The notes under the pieces were generated by a model that was given only the letters and a program-made list of their open reading frames with translations, was not told where the DNA came from and did no database searches. A stretch of DNA of 64,000 nt from Nitrososphaeria archaeon (GTDB taxonomy: Archaea; Thermoproteota; Nitrososphaeria; Conexivisphaerales; UBA164): contig JBMFIC010000003.1 in the NCBI GenBank assembly GCA_049976505.1, positions 25,304 through 89,303 on the forward strand. Direction: 5' to 3'. Positions 53,207 to 62,184 of the stretch are shown in pieces; position 1 is the first letter of the stretch; each line of letters begins with the position of its first letter. Position numbers and translations under genes: made by a program.

Positions 53207-55207
53207 TTATCTCCCCCTGTACTTTGGCTTTCTCTTCTGGAAGAGGCTTGATATTCCCTCCTTGAGGTCCTCCGTGTTGAAGAGTATGCCAAAGGCCGTT
53301 GACTCCCACTCGAGACCCACGTCCATAGGCACCTCGGATGCCTTGTTTATGAGCCTCTTCGCAAGAACCTCTGCTATTGGGGCGTTGTTTGTCGCGATCT
53401 CCTTTGCAAGCCTGATCGCCTCTTCATCCGCGGTGGCCCTGTCAAATGCAAGAGATGCTATTCCGAGCTTAACCGCCTCCTCCCCTGAGATCCTTCTTCC
53501 TGTAAGTATGAGCCAGAGGGCCGTGTTCATCCCCGCAAGCTTGGCAAGCCTCTGGGTTCCTCCCCATCCCGGTATCAGCCCCAGCGTAGTCTCTGGAAAA
53601 CCGATAATGGCATCCTTGGTTGTAACCCTTATATCGCACGCAAGGGCCAGCTCAAACCCACCTCCAAGAACGTAGCCCTTCATTTCGGCAATTGTCACCT
53701 TTGGTATCTCAGCAAGCTTTCTGAACACCCTTTCCCCTCTTCTTGAGAACTCTATGAACTGCATGGCGTCAGATATGTAAGTTGAGAGGTCTGCGCCGGC
53801 CGAGAAATCATCGCCTGCTCCGGTAAGCAGTATTACCCATATATCCCTGTCATTCCACATGCTCTCGATGGCCCTGTCCAGCTCATCTATTACTTCCGGG
53901 CTGAGGAAGTTCCTCTTCGGTCTGTCTATCAGCACCCTTACTACATGATCTCCTAAGTTCTCAATCCTTATGAACTTGAAGCCTTGAGGAGAAGCCTGTG
54001 CCGCCGGCTTAGCGGACTCCTTTGCTTCAGCCTGTGGAGCGTATCTTCCCTCTATAACATCCCTAAGCCTTCCCTCCTGTATGCTCCTTGCTGGTTTGAA
54101 GACCTCACATTCAAAAGCCTTCGATAGCTCCTCAAGCTTGCTCTTTACCTCCTCGTTCGTGAGGGACTTGGCAACAGTAATAGGGCCAAATGGTCGGTTT
54201 AGTCCCAGCTTAACCGCGGTCTCTATATCGTCTGGCCCTGCAACGCCTTCCTCTATAAGCTTTACGGCCTCGTTAACCTCCAGGACAAGAACGTCAAGAA
54301 GGCCTATCTTATCCGTCTCCTTGGAAGGAGGCATCTTCGCCCTGCCTCCCTCCCATTCGTAGAACCCCCTTCCGCTCTTTTTGCCAAGCCTCCCCTGCCT
54401 GACCAGCTCGCCTATGGTTCTGCACTTGGCGTAGTCAGGCGATAACGTCTTTGCATAGTACTCAAGGGAATCATATACCACGTCCAGCCCGACAAAGTCC
54501 ATGAGCTCATATGGCCCCATTGGAAGGCCCTGGGATCTAGCGAATGCATCTACCTCCTCGGGCTTTGCAATCCCCTTGTCCGCCACAAGGCAGAAGAAGA
54601 GGAGCTCAGGCGCGCTCACCCTGTTAACTATGAATCCCGGGGTGTCCTTCAGGACCTTGATGGGCTCCTTTCCAAGCTTCTTCATTATTTCGTAAGCTCT
54701 GTCAAGCACTGCGTCCTCCGTCAGCTCGCCCTTGACCAGCTCCACGAGCTTCATTATAACCGGAGGGTTAAAGAAGTGGGTTCCAAGGAACCTTCCAGGC
54801 CCGCTGACATATTGGGAGAGCTCCGTAATCCTGATGTTTGATGTATTGGTGCCGATTATAGCATCAGGCCTGGCGGCCTTGCTTGCTCGTGAAAGAACGT
54901 CGGCCTTTATTTCAATCTTCTCAGGAACCGCCTCTATAATTATATCAGAATCGCCCACGGAGCTCTCAAGATCCGTGGAGAGCCTGAGCCTTGAGAGGAT
55001 CGAACTTACGTCCTCTGCCTTTATCTTTCCCCTTTCAGCGAACCTTTTAAGGCTGTCCTCTATGAGCGCTTTAGCCCTGTTCAGAGCCTGTTCGCTCACG
55101 TCAACGAGGGTAACCTCATATCCTCCAAGAAGAAATACCTCAGCTATGCCATGTCCCATCTCGCCGGCTCCTATAACCGTAGCCTTTCCACCGCTTATCA
55201 CAATCAC
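53207..55207 (-). CDS. Fused 3-hydroxyacyl-CoA dehydrogenase (N-terminal) / enoyl-CoA hydratase (C-terminal)
   Basis: 666 aa. VIGAGEMGHGIA Rossmann motif and HFFNPP at the N-terminus. Crotonase motifs ..GAGDDFSAGADL.. and GGGFELALACD at the C-terminus. Domain order is reversed relative to bacterial FadB. Confidence 0.9.
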   Translation of the reverse strand: MIVISGGKATVIGAGEMGHGIAEVFLLGGYEVTLVDVSEQALNRAKALIEDSLKRFAERGKIKAEDVSSILSRLRLSTDLESSVGDSDIIIEAVPEKIEIKADVLSRASKAARPDAIIGTNTSNIRITELSQYVSGPGRFLGTHFFNPPVIMKLVELVKGELTEDAVLDRAYEIMKKLGKEPIKVLKDTPGFIVNRVSAPELLFFCLVADKGIAKPEEVDAFARSQGLPMGPYELMDFVGLDVVYDSLEYYAKTLSPDYAKCRTIGELVRQGRLGKKSGRGFYEWEGGRAKMPPSKETDKIGLLDVLVLEVNEAVKLIEEGVAGPDDIETAVKLGLNRPFGPITVAKSLTNEEVKSKLEELSKAFECEVFKPARSIQEGRLRDVIEGRYAPQAEAKESAKPAAQASPQGFKFIRIENLGDHVVRVLIDRPKRNFLSPEVIDELDRAIESMWNDRDIWVILLTGAGDDFSAGADLSTYISDAMQFIEFSRRGERVFRKLAEIPKVTIAEMKGYVLGGGFELALACDIRVTTKDAIIGFPETTLGLIPGWGGTQRLAKLAGMNTALWLILTGRRISGEEAVKLGIASLAFDRATADEEAIRLAKEIATNNAPIAEVLAKRLINKASEVPMDVGLEWESTAFGILFNTEDLKEGISSLFQKRKPKYRGR

Positions 55208-55548
55208 TGCACCAGCTTCTTTACCTCGTTAACGAGGCTCTGGGCGAACAGCAGATCGCCCGAAACCTTCAGCTTTCCAAGAAACATTGACCTTACCGGG
55301 TCCGCCTTTCCAAGTATTATGTCAGCTATCAGCTGATCTGCACCGGAAACGGTTGCGTTTGGGCTCTGAGCCGCCCCATCAGAGAGCTTTATGCTTCCGT
55401 CTTCAGCAAAGTACACATAGAAGTTCCTTCCCTCGTTCAGCTTGAACTGAAGAGTCTTTCCGGCGAACTTTTTCAGAATCTGTTTGCTGTTCTGATCGCT
55501 GTTGATTTTCTGAGAAAGCTCAGCTAGAAGTTCAAACGTTGTCATCAA
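55204..55548 (-). CDS. SCP2 (sterol-carrier-protein-2-like) lipid-binding domain protein
   Basis: 114 aa. ..FKLNEGRNFYV..., ..MFLGKLKVSGDLLFAQSL.. SCP2 C-terminal pattern. Overlaps the fusion-gene start by 4 nt. Confidence 0.6.
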   Translation of the reverse strand: MMTTFELLAELSQKINSDQNSKQILKKFAGKTLQFKLNEGRNFYVYFAEDGSIKLSDGAAQSPNATVSGADQLIADIILGKADPVRSMFLGKLKVSGDLLFAQSLVNEVKKLVQ

Positions 55549-55638
55549 TCTTTTAATTTTGTTCTACAAACTTATAACGTTTTTGTGAGCTGTGTGAGAC
55601 AAGCATTTATTAGGGGCCTTTATGAATAGAGAAGTGGG

Positions 55639-56373
55639 ATGCCATACAACATAGCCGTACTTATAAAGGCCGTCTATGAGGATGTAAAGATAAATCCTGA
55701 AACGCTCGAGCCCAGCACGGCCGGCATTAAGTTTAAGATGGACGATATAAGCAGAAACGCGGTGGAGGAGGCGGTAAGAATTAAGGAGAAGCATGGAGGA
55801 AAGGCCACCGGCATAATGTTCGGAAGGGACGATCAGGTTCTTGTAATGAGAGAAGCCCTCGCAATGGGCCTGGACGAAGGCATCCTGATAAAAGGGTACT
55901 CCTACAGCGATCCGGAGCTGACGGCTAGGATCCTTTATGAGAAGGTAAAAACAGGATACGACGTAATTCTCCTTGGTTACTCCTCAGCGGACTCGTACAC
56001 GGCGCAGATACCGCCAAGGCTTGCGGCCCTCATGGGCGTGCCGCTAATTGGGAACGCCGTACAGCTATCCTTTGAGGGCAGGAAGGTGATAGCAGTAAAG
56101 TCACTGGACGAGCGTAGCGTGAAGGTTGAATCTGAGCTTCCTGCGGTGATATCCGTGGCCCAGGAGATCAACACCCCAAGAATACCTCCTCTCATACAGA
56201 TAATGGCAGCTTCAAGAAAGCCCCTGAAAATGGAGTCCGCGAACGTCCCTGCAGAAACGTATTACAGGGTTATCGAACATAAAGCTCCTCCCTCATCCAG
56301 GAAGAAAATAGTCTTCGAGGACGTGAACAAAGGCGTTGAGGAGATATTAAAGATTTTGAAACAGAAGGGTTAA
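55639..56373 (+). CDS. etfB: Electron-transfer flavoprotein, beta subunit
   Basis: 244 aa. N-terminal ..AVLIKAV.., ..DVILLGYSSADSYTAQIPPRLAALMGVP.. EtfB pattern. Confidence 0.85.
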   Translation: MPYNIAVLIKAVYEDVKINPETLEPSTAGIKFKMDDISRNAVEEAVRIKEKHGGKATGIMFGRDDQVLVMREALAMGLDEGILIKGYSYSDPELTARILYEKVKTGYDVILLGYSSADSYTAQIPPRLAALMGVPLIGNAVQLSFEGRKVIAVKSLDERSVKVESELPAVISVAQEINTPRIPPLIQIMAASRKPLKMESANVPAETYYRVIEHKAPPSSRKKIVFEDVNKGVEEILKILKQKG

Positions 56374-56378
56374 CCCTT
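56365..56378. repeat. 14-bp perfect palindrome containing both etf stop codons
   Basis: AAGGGTTAACCCTT. The etfB TAA (56371-73) and the etfA TAA (complement of 56370-72) share the central TTAA. Both proteins end in ..KG. Confidence 0.85.
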
Positions 56379-57266
56379 GAGCTTCTGTATCAGGATTGGC
56401 AGAACCGTGAACGCATCCCCAACAATCCCGTAGTCGGCTTCGTTAAATATCGGAGCGTTCTTGTCCTTGTTTATCGCTATTACTATCTTCGAGTCCCTCA
56501 TCCCAACGAGGTGCTGTATCTGGCCTGAGATTCCAACGGCTATGTAAATCTTCGGATGAACCTTTTTCCCAGAAAGGCCAACCTGCCTGTCCTCGTCCAG
56601 CAGATGAAGGTCCTGACAAACAGGCCGGCTCCCGGCAAGCTCAGCCCCAAGAACGGACGCTAGCTGTTTTGCGAGCTCTAGGCCCTCTGGTCTTGCTATA
56701 CCTCTTCCAACAGCAACGAGGATTTCCGCCTTTGTAATGTCCACGGAGGCCTTCTCCTTGTTAACGGTTTCTATAAGCCTTGTGCGTGGGATTCCAGATA
56801 GATCCAGCTTGACCTTTTCAGGAGAGCTCTGCCAGGCCTTTTTCACTTCCACAGAGCCTGGCATCAGGGTGAATACCCTGGCTGAAGTCTCCTTCTTGAT
56901 GATCGTCCTCCCTCCAAAGAAGTACCTCGTGATTACTGTCTTTCCGTCTGAAAAGCCCAGGTCAAAGATCTCCGATTCCATGTGGGTTCCCGTGAGATGT
57001 GACACTATGGCTGCCACCTCCCTTCCCAGGACCGAGGCCCCGAAAAACGCCAGATCGTATCCCTGTCTGAAGAGGGAAGCTAGAGCTTCAGAGATCTGCC
57101 AGGGATCATATATCATTTCATCATAAATGAAGGATCTCTCAACCCTGTACTTAGAGGGATCATAATCGCTTCTGTGAACTGCATCTACATGCTCAAAACG
57201 CTCGCTCAAGAAGGTCAGAAGCTCATCCATGAGCTCGTTCCTGTCAGAGAACGCAAGCACTTTCAA
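56370..57266 (-). CDS. etfA: Electron-transfer flavoprotein, alpha subunit
   Basis: 298 aa. ..VAVGRGI.., ..ELAGSRPV.., ..QVGLSGKKVHPKIYIAVGISGQIQH.. FAD-binding C-terminal domain. Confidence 0.85.
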   Translation of the reverse strand: MKVLAFSDRNELMDELLTFLSERFEHVDAVHRSDYDPSKYRVERSFIYDEMIYDPWQISEALASLFRQGYDLAFFGASVLGREVAAIVSHLTGTHMESEIFDLGFSDGKTVITRYFFGGRTIIKKETSARVFTLMPGSVEVKKAWQSSPEKVKLDLSGIPRTRLIETVNKEKASVDITKAEILVAVGRGIARPEGLELAKQLASVLGAELAGSRPVCQDLHLLDEDRQVGLSGKKVHPKIYIAVGISGQIQHLVGMRDSKIVIAINKDKNAPIFNEADYGIVGDAFTVLPILIQKLKG

Positions 57267-57584
57267 CAGTCTGTTTATGTGGGATGGCGCTTATAAGCGT
57301 TAGCGCCTGGCGTTGAATGGCTTCTTAACGCATAAGAGCTCATGAGCACACCCTTGAAGGCTGAAGGCAGTTCACGTTTAGCTTAAGCGTATGCCGTCAG
57401 CTTCTTAGTTCTGGCTAAACCTCGCTCTGAAATCAAGCCCGTCAGACAGCAGAGAGCTCGTCGGCGAGAGATTCCTGGCAGGGCAGTGGCGTCGCATTTC
57501 CGTCTCACGGAAACGCGCACCACATATATAGTATTAATAATATGATGATTAATGCATCAGCGCTCATCAAATTTTTAAGCAGGG

Positions 57585-59588
57585 TTGGACTATAAAGCGG
57601 TGTTGACAGCTCCTCTGTGTTATCCGGAGTACTATTTCCTTCCCCGAACGGCATTCATGGCTATCGTTTACGTTTCCGCCACCGTTTCTGTATTAGCCTT
57701 CTTTTATATGCTCAGGCTGAGGCTAAAGGCCCGCGGAATTGGCCTTCTCGAATTTCTTAAGATTATATTTATTAACTACAGGAGATGGCCGGGCCTTCTC
57801 TACGACTTTATAACCCATAGAAAGCTGCTGAGCCGAAGAAGCGCATCAGGGGCAGCCCACGCGGTCCTAATGTACTCTCTTCTTCTGTCCTTAATAGGCA
57901 CGCTGCTAGTTGCTGCAAGCCAATATTCTGAAATAATAACGGGCACCCCGATCTTCTGCGGCTCCCTGTATCTCTTTTACACGTTTGTAATGGACGTCAC
58001 GGCATGGGCTCTGTTTATTTCGTCGGTTGCGGCCGCGGGGTACGCTTACAGGAGGAGGAAAATAGTTCAGCGAAGCAGCCTTAAGGCCGACATAGTCTAT
58101 CTTGCATCTTTCTTCCTTCTCAGCATAACCGGTGCAATGATCGAATCCTACAGAATAAACGCTCTTTACGGAACGTCGCTTGGCTATCTGGCCTTCAACG
58201 CATACATTTTAAGGGGTCTTCGACTGAGCTGGGACGTATACGCCGCGATTTACATCTTTCACCTAGAGCTCGCGTTCGCGCTGATAGCGTTTATACCAAT
58301 GACCTCCATATTTCATCCTCTGATAGCAGCGGCCAACTACCTGCACGAGAAGAGGCCAACTGGCGAGCTCACGAAGCCCTTCGACCTGATGAGCGTTATG
58401 CAGACCGGCTCATTTGATGTTCAGGTGGGGATAAACAGGACCTCGGACATTAAGGGCTTTTACGCCCTTGAGCTCGAGGCATGTCAGAACTGCTACAGGT
58501 GTCAGGACGTCTGCCCCGCATATTTAGCGGGAAGGCCTCTTTCTCCGACCACGCTCATCAGCAGCCTTCAGAGGGAGATAAACAGGGACGCCCCCATATG
58601 GGACTTCATCTCTGAGGATACCATCTGGTCGTGCACCACATGCGGGGCATGTGTTAAGGCCTGTCCAGTTTACATAAGGCACACGGATTACATAGTTGAC
58701 GCAAGGAGGGCACTCGTAATGAACATGAAGCTGGACGAGAGGAAGAACGCGCTCCTGCTCTCCATGAGCTCATACGACAACTCCTTTGGTGTGTCAAACG
58801 ATAACAGGAACTCATGGCTCTCGCAGGCTGGCCTGAAGAAGGCCTCAGAAACTGGGATCGTTGAAAACCTGCTATGGGTAGGGTGTATGGGCAGCTTTGA
58901 TCCAGAGGCCAGGGACATCGTGAAGAACTTTGTGGAAATACTAAGAAAGGCAGGAGTTATAGACAGCTATGCCTATCTGGGAGAGGAGGAAACTTGCTGC
59001 GGCGACCCGGCCAGGAGGCTTGGAGAGGAGAGCAAGTTTCAGGACCTAGCGATAAAGAACATAGAGATATTCAAAAAGTACGGCGTCAAAACCATAGTAA
59101 CGATATGTCCTCACGGATATAACACGTTCAAGAACGAGTACTCGAAGATAGATAAGTCATTCAGCAGCGTTAAGGTGAAGCACTACGTCGAAGTCATAGA
59201 GGAGCTGATTGATGCAGGGCTCATTAAACCGGAAGCGTCAAAGGAGGTGTTTGTAATCCACGACCCCTGTTATCTGTCGAGACACAACGAGGTCATCGAG
59301 CCGCAGAGAAGGATCCTTAGAAGCTTCGCCGAGCTCCGGGAGCCCATAAGGAGCGGGAGGAACACCTTCTGCTGTGGCGCAGGAGGATCAAATTACTGGT
59401 ACGAGGTTCCAGAAAAAACGAAGATAAGCCATATAAGATTCAGGGAGCTCCAGGACACAGGCGCCAGCTCAATCGTCGTGCTCTGTCCGTTCTGCAACGC
59501 TATGCTTAACGATGCGAGCGCGGTTCTTTCAGATGGCAAGATCAAGGTGAAGGACATAGCTGAGGCGGTTAACGAAAATATAAAATAA
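57585..59588 (+). CDS. Membrane-integral Fe-S oxidoreductase: multi-TM (HdrE/NarI-like) N-domain fused to an HdrD/GlpC-like domain (2x[4Fe-4S] plus 2 CCG motifs)
   Basis: 667 aa. ~6 N-terminal TM helices with conserved His residues. CQNCYRCQDVCP and CTTCGACVKACP ferredoxin motifs. CCG-domain motifs ETCCGDP and TFCCGAGG. Start is TTG at 57585 or ATG at 57657. Confidence 0.7.
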   Translation: MDYKAVLTAPLCYPEYYFLPRTAFMAIVYVSATVSVLAFFYMLRLRLKARGIGLLEFLKIIFINYRRWPGLLYDFITHRKLLSRRSASGAAHAVLMYSLLLSLIGTLLVAASQYSEIITGTPIFCGSLYLFYTFVMDVTAWALFISSVAAAGYAYRRRKIVQRSSLKADIVYLASFFLLSITGAMIESYRINALYGTSLGYLAFNAYILRGLRLSWDVYAAIYIFHLELAFALIAFIPMTSIFHPLIAAANYLHEKRPTGELTKPFDLMSVMQTGSFDVQVGINRTSDIKGFYALELEACQNCYRCQDVCPAYLAGRPLSPTTLISSLQREINRDAPIWDFISEDTIWSCTTCGACVKACPVYIRHTDYIVDARRALVMNMKLDERKNALLLSMSSYDNSFGVSNDNRNSWLSQAGLKKASETGIVENLLWVGCMGSFDPEARDIVKNFVEILRKAGVIDSYAYLGEEETCCGDPARRLGEESKFQDLAIKNIEIFKKYGVKTIVTICPHGYNTFKNEYSKIDKSFSSVKVKHYVEVIEELIDAGLIKPEASKEVFVIHDPCYLSRHNEVIEPQRRILRSFAELREPIRSGRNTFCCGAGGSNYWYEVPEKTKISHIRFRELQDTGASSIVVLCPFCNAMLNDASAVLSDGKIKVKDIAEAVNENIK

Positions 59589-59609
59589 GCGAGAACCTCT
59601 ATAAAGCTC

Positions 59610-60377
59610 ATGAATAGGGAGCTTGATGGAAAGAAAGCCCTTATAACTGGCGCATCAACCGGGATAGGTGCTTCAACAGCTATAACGTTCGCGAGGGAAG
59701 GCGCATCAGTAATAATAAACTACAGAAGCAGCGAGCAGGAAGCCAGGGAAGTAATGAAAAAGGCAAGGGAGCTCGGGGCAGAGGCTTACGTTTTTAAAGC
59801 TGACGTGACAAATGAGGCTGAAATAGCTGAGCTCATGAAGTTCGTTGAAAGCACGTTTGGGTATCTCGACGTGCTCGTTAATAACGCAGGAGGCCTTCTC
59901 GAAAGAAGGGAAATAGCAAGCTCTGACCTTGAGTACTGGAGAAGGCACATCGATCTGAACCTTACATCGGTTTATCTTGTTACGAAGAACGCGCTTCCCC
60001 TCCTGCTGAGGTCGCCATCGAACGAGAGGGTCATAGTTAACGTGTCATCCATAGCAGCGTTTACCGGCGGAGGCAGAGGGGCATTTGCCTATGCCTCAGC
60101 AAAAGGAGGCGTGAAGACCCTGACTAGAGCAATGGCCAAGGAGCTTGCGCAGCATAAGGTCAGGGTAGTTGCGGTCATGCCGGGCCTAATTGTAACTCCT
60201 TTCCACGAAAAGGCCAGGACTGGGGACGTTGAGGGATGGGCCGAGAAACAGGTGCTTCTTAAGAGGGCCGGAAGCGCACAGGAGGTGGCAGAGGTGATAG
60301 CATTTCTTGCAAGCGAAAGGGCAAGCTACGTTAATTCAACTGAGATCTACGTAGATGGTGGATGGCTGTATGGATAA
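59610..60377 (+). CDS. Short-chain dehydrogenase/reductase (FabG-like)
   Basis: 255 aa. TGASTGIG, NNAG, YASAK (YxxxK). Confidence 0.85.
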   Translation: MNRELDGKKALITGASTGIGASTAITFAREGASVIINYRSSEQEAREVMKKARELGAEAYVFKADVTNEAEIAELMKFVESTFGYLDVLVNNAGGLLERREIASSDLEYWRRHIDLNLTSVYLVTKNALPLLLRSPSNERVIVNVSSIAAFTGGGRGAFAYASAKGGVKTLTRAMAKELAQHKVRVVAVMPGLIVTPFHEKARTGDVEGWAEKQVLLKRAGSAQEVAEVIAFLASERASYVNSTEIYVDGGWLYG

Positions 60378-60420
60378 ACGCGCTTTAAAAGCTTAAATAT
60401 AATTAACCGATTTTTAATTT

Positions 60421-62034
60421 GTGAGCCCGTTTTATAAGTACAACCTTAACTTCAGAAACACGTTCTTAACTGCGGTCAGAAACTTTCCCAACAGGGAGAT
60501 AGTTTACAGGGACAGAAAGAGATACACGTTCTCTGAGTTCTACGAAAGGGTCCTGAGGCTCTGCGGGGGTCTGAAGGAGATAGGGGTAAAGGAAGGAGAT
60601 GTCGTGGCGGTAATAGACTGGGACACATACGTCTACATGGAGTCTTATTTTGCAGTTCCCATGAGCGGCGCGACCCTGCACACGGTCAACATCAGATACC
60701 CGCCCGAGCTTATATATCTCACAATGAGCTTTGCTAACGACAAATATGTAATAATAAGGGACGAGTTCGTTCCTATAATTGAGAAGAACGCTCCGCTTTT
60801 TGATTTTGTCAAGGGCTGGATAGTTTACTCTGAAGAGGGAAGGCATGTAGAGACAAAGCTGTCCCCCAGCTATGATTATGAGGATCTCGTAAAAAGGGAT
60901 AGATGCGAGCCCCCTGATCTGGACGAGGAAACCAGGGCAACGCTCTTCTTTACATCAGGAACGACCGGAATGCCAAAGGGAGTAAGCTTTACACAGAGAG
61001 ATCTTATACTTCATGCTCTGTCGCTGTCCGCATCCATGAAGTACAGGCCCATAAGCCTGACCGACCAGGACGTCTTTATGTCCCTGGTTCCCATGTTTCA
61101 CGTGCACTCCTGGGGGATGCCTTACATAGCATTTATGAACGGGAACAAGTACGTGCTCCCGGGGAGGTATGAAATAAAGACCATACTTGAGCTCATAAAG
61201 CGTGAAAAGGTCACTTTTTCGACCATGGTTCCAGCAATACTTTACATGATCCTCAATGACCCCGTGGTTGAGGAGTACAAAGACTATCTCAAAGGGTGGA
61301 AGGTCATCATAGGCGGCTCAGCCCTGCCAAAGGGCCTGGCGCAGAAGGCAATATCCTATGGTATAACCGTAGTGGGCGGATATGGGCTTTCTGAGACCTG
61401 TCCAGTCCTCACGATTTCCGTCATGAACGACTACACGTCGAAGATGAGCTATGAGGAGGCCCTTGACCATCTTATAAGCGCTGGAATACCCATACCGCTG
61501 GTTCATCTGAGGGTCGTTGATCCGAGCGGCAAGGACGTTCCATGGGATGGCAGGTCTGCCGGCGAAGTTATAGTCAGAGCCCCCTGGCTTACAAGGGAAT
61601 ATTATAACGACCCAGAGAAAACGGAGGAGCTGTGGAAGGATGGGTGGTTGCATACAGGTGATCTTGGGGTTATAGATCAGTATGGCTATCTGCACATAGT
61701 TGACAGGGAGAAGGACGCTATTAAGAGCGGGGGAGAGTTCATACCCAGCCTGCTTCTTGAAAACGCAATAAGCGAAATTAAGGGCGTTGGGGAGGTCGCG
61801 GTGGTTGGAATACCGGATCCAAAGTGGGGAGAGAGGCCAGTGGCCTTCGTAGTAAAGAGCGGCGACATTACCGAGAACGACATAATAAACCATCTCAACG
61901 AGCTGGTTAAGCTCGGCAGAATACAGAAATGGTGGATCCCCGACAGGATCATATTCATAGATAGCATGCCGAGAACAAGCACGAACAAGATAGATAAGAA
62001 GGTGCTAAGAAGCAAAATAACCGGAGAAAGCTAA
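60421..62034 (+). CDS. AMP-forming acyl-CoA synthetase (fatty-acid--CoA ligase)
   Basis: 537 aa. FFTSGTTGMPKGV (AMP-binding motif), GYGLSET, TGDLG, ..DREKDAIKSGGE... Confidence 0.9.
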   Translation: MSPFYKYNLNFRNTFLTAVRNFPNREIVYRDRKRYTFSEFYERVLRLCGGLKEIGVKEGDVVAVIDWDTYVYMESYFAVPMSGATLHTVNIRYPPELIYLTMSFANDKYVIIRDEFVPIIEKNAPLFDFVKGWIVYSEEGRHVETKLSPSYDYEDLVKRDRCEPPDLDEETRATLFFTSGTTGMPKGVSFTQRDLILHALSLSASMKYRPISLTDQDVFMSLVPMFHVHSWGMPYIAFMNGNKYVLPGRYEIKTILELIKREKVTFSTMVPAILYMILNDPVVEEYKDYLKGWKVIIGGSALPKGLAQKAISYGITVVGGYGLSETCPVLTISVMNDYTSKMSYEEALDHLISAGIPIPLVHLRVVDPSGKDVPWDGRSAGEVIVRAPWLTREYYNDPEKTEELWKDGWLHTGDLGVIDQYGYLHIVDREKDAIKSGGEFIPSLLLENAISEIKGVGEVAVVGIPDPKWGERPVAFVVKSGDITENDIINHLNELVKLGRIQKWWIPDRIIFIDSMPRTSTNKIDKKVLRSKITGES

Positions 62035-62104
62035 AATTAACGATTTAAATCAGAAAATTGAATAAATTTCTATTTTTAGAGTTAACACGTATAAAATTCT
62101 AAAC

Positions 62105-62170
62105 TAGGATATTAAATCTCATTTAAAAGAAATTTTTCAGTGATAGTTAAATTTTAGGATATTAAGTCAT
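62105..62170 (+). repeat. Direct repeat pair TAGGATATTAA(A/G)TC, 50 bp apart, upstream of the YeeE-like gene
   Basis: TAGGATATTAAATCTCAT at 62105-62122 and TAGGATATTAAGTCAT at 62155-62170, in a very AT-rich 150-bp intergenic region. Confidence 0.5.
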
Positions 62171-62184
62171 AAATTAGACCAAAA

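Noticed and set aside
57541-57575. Box C/D sRNA suggested by ATGATGA at 57541.
   Set aside because: No D box (CTGA) at an appropriate distance, no C'/D' pair and no terminal stem.
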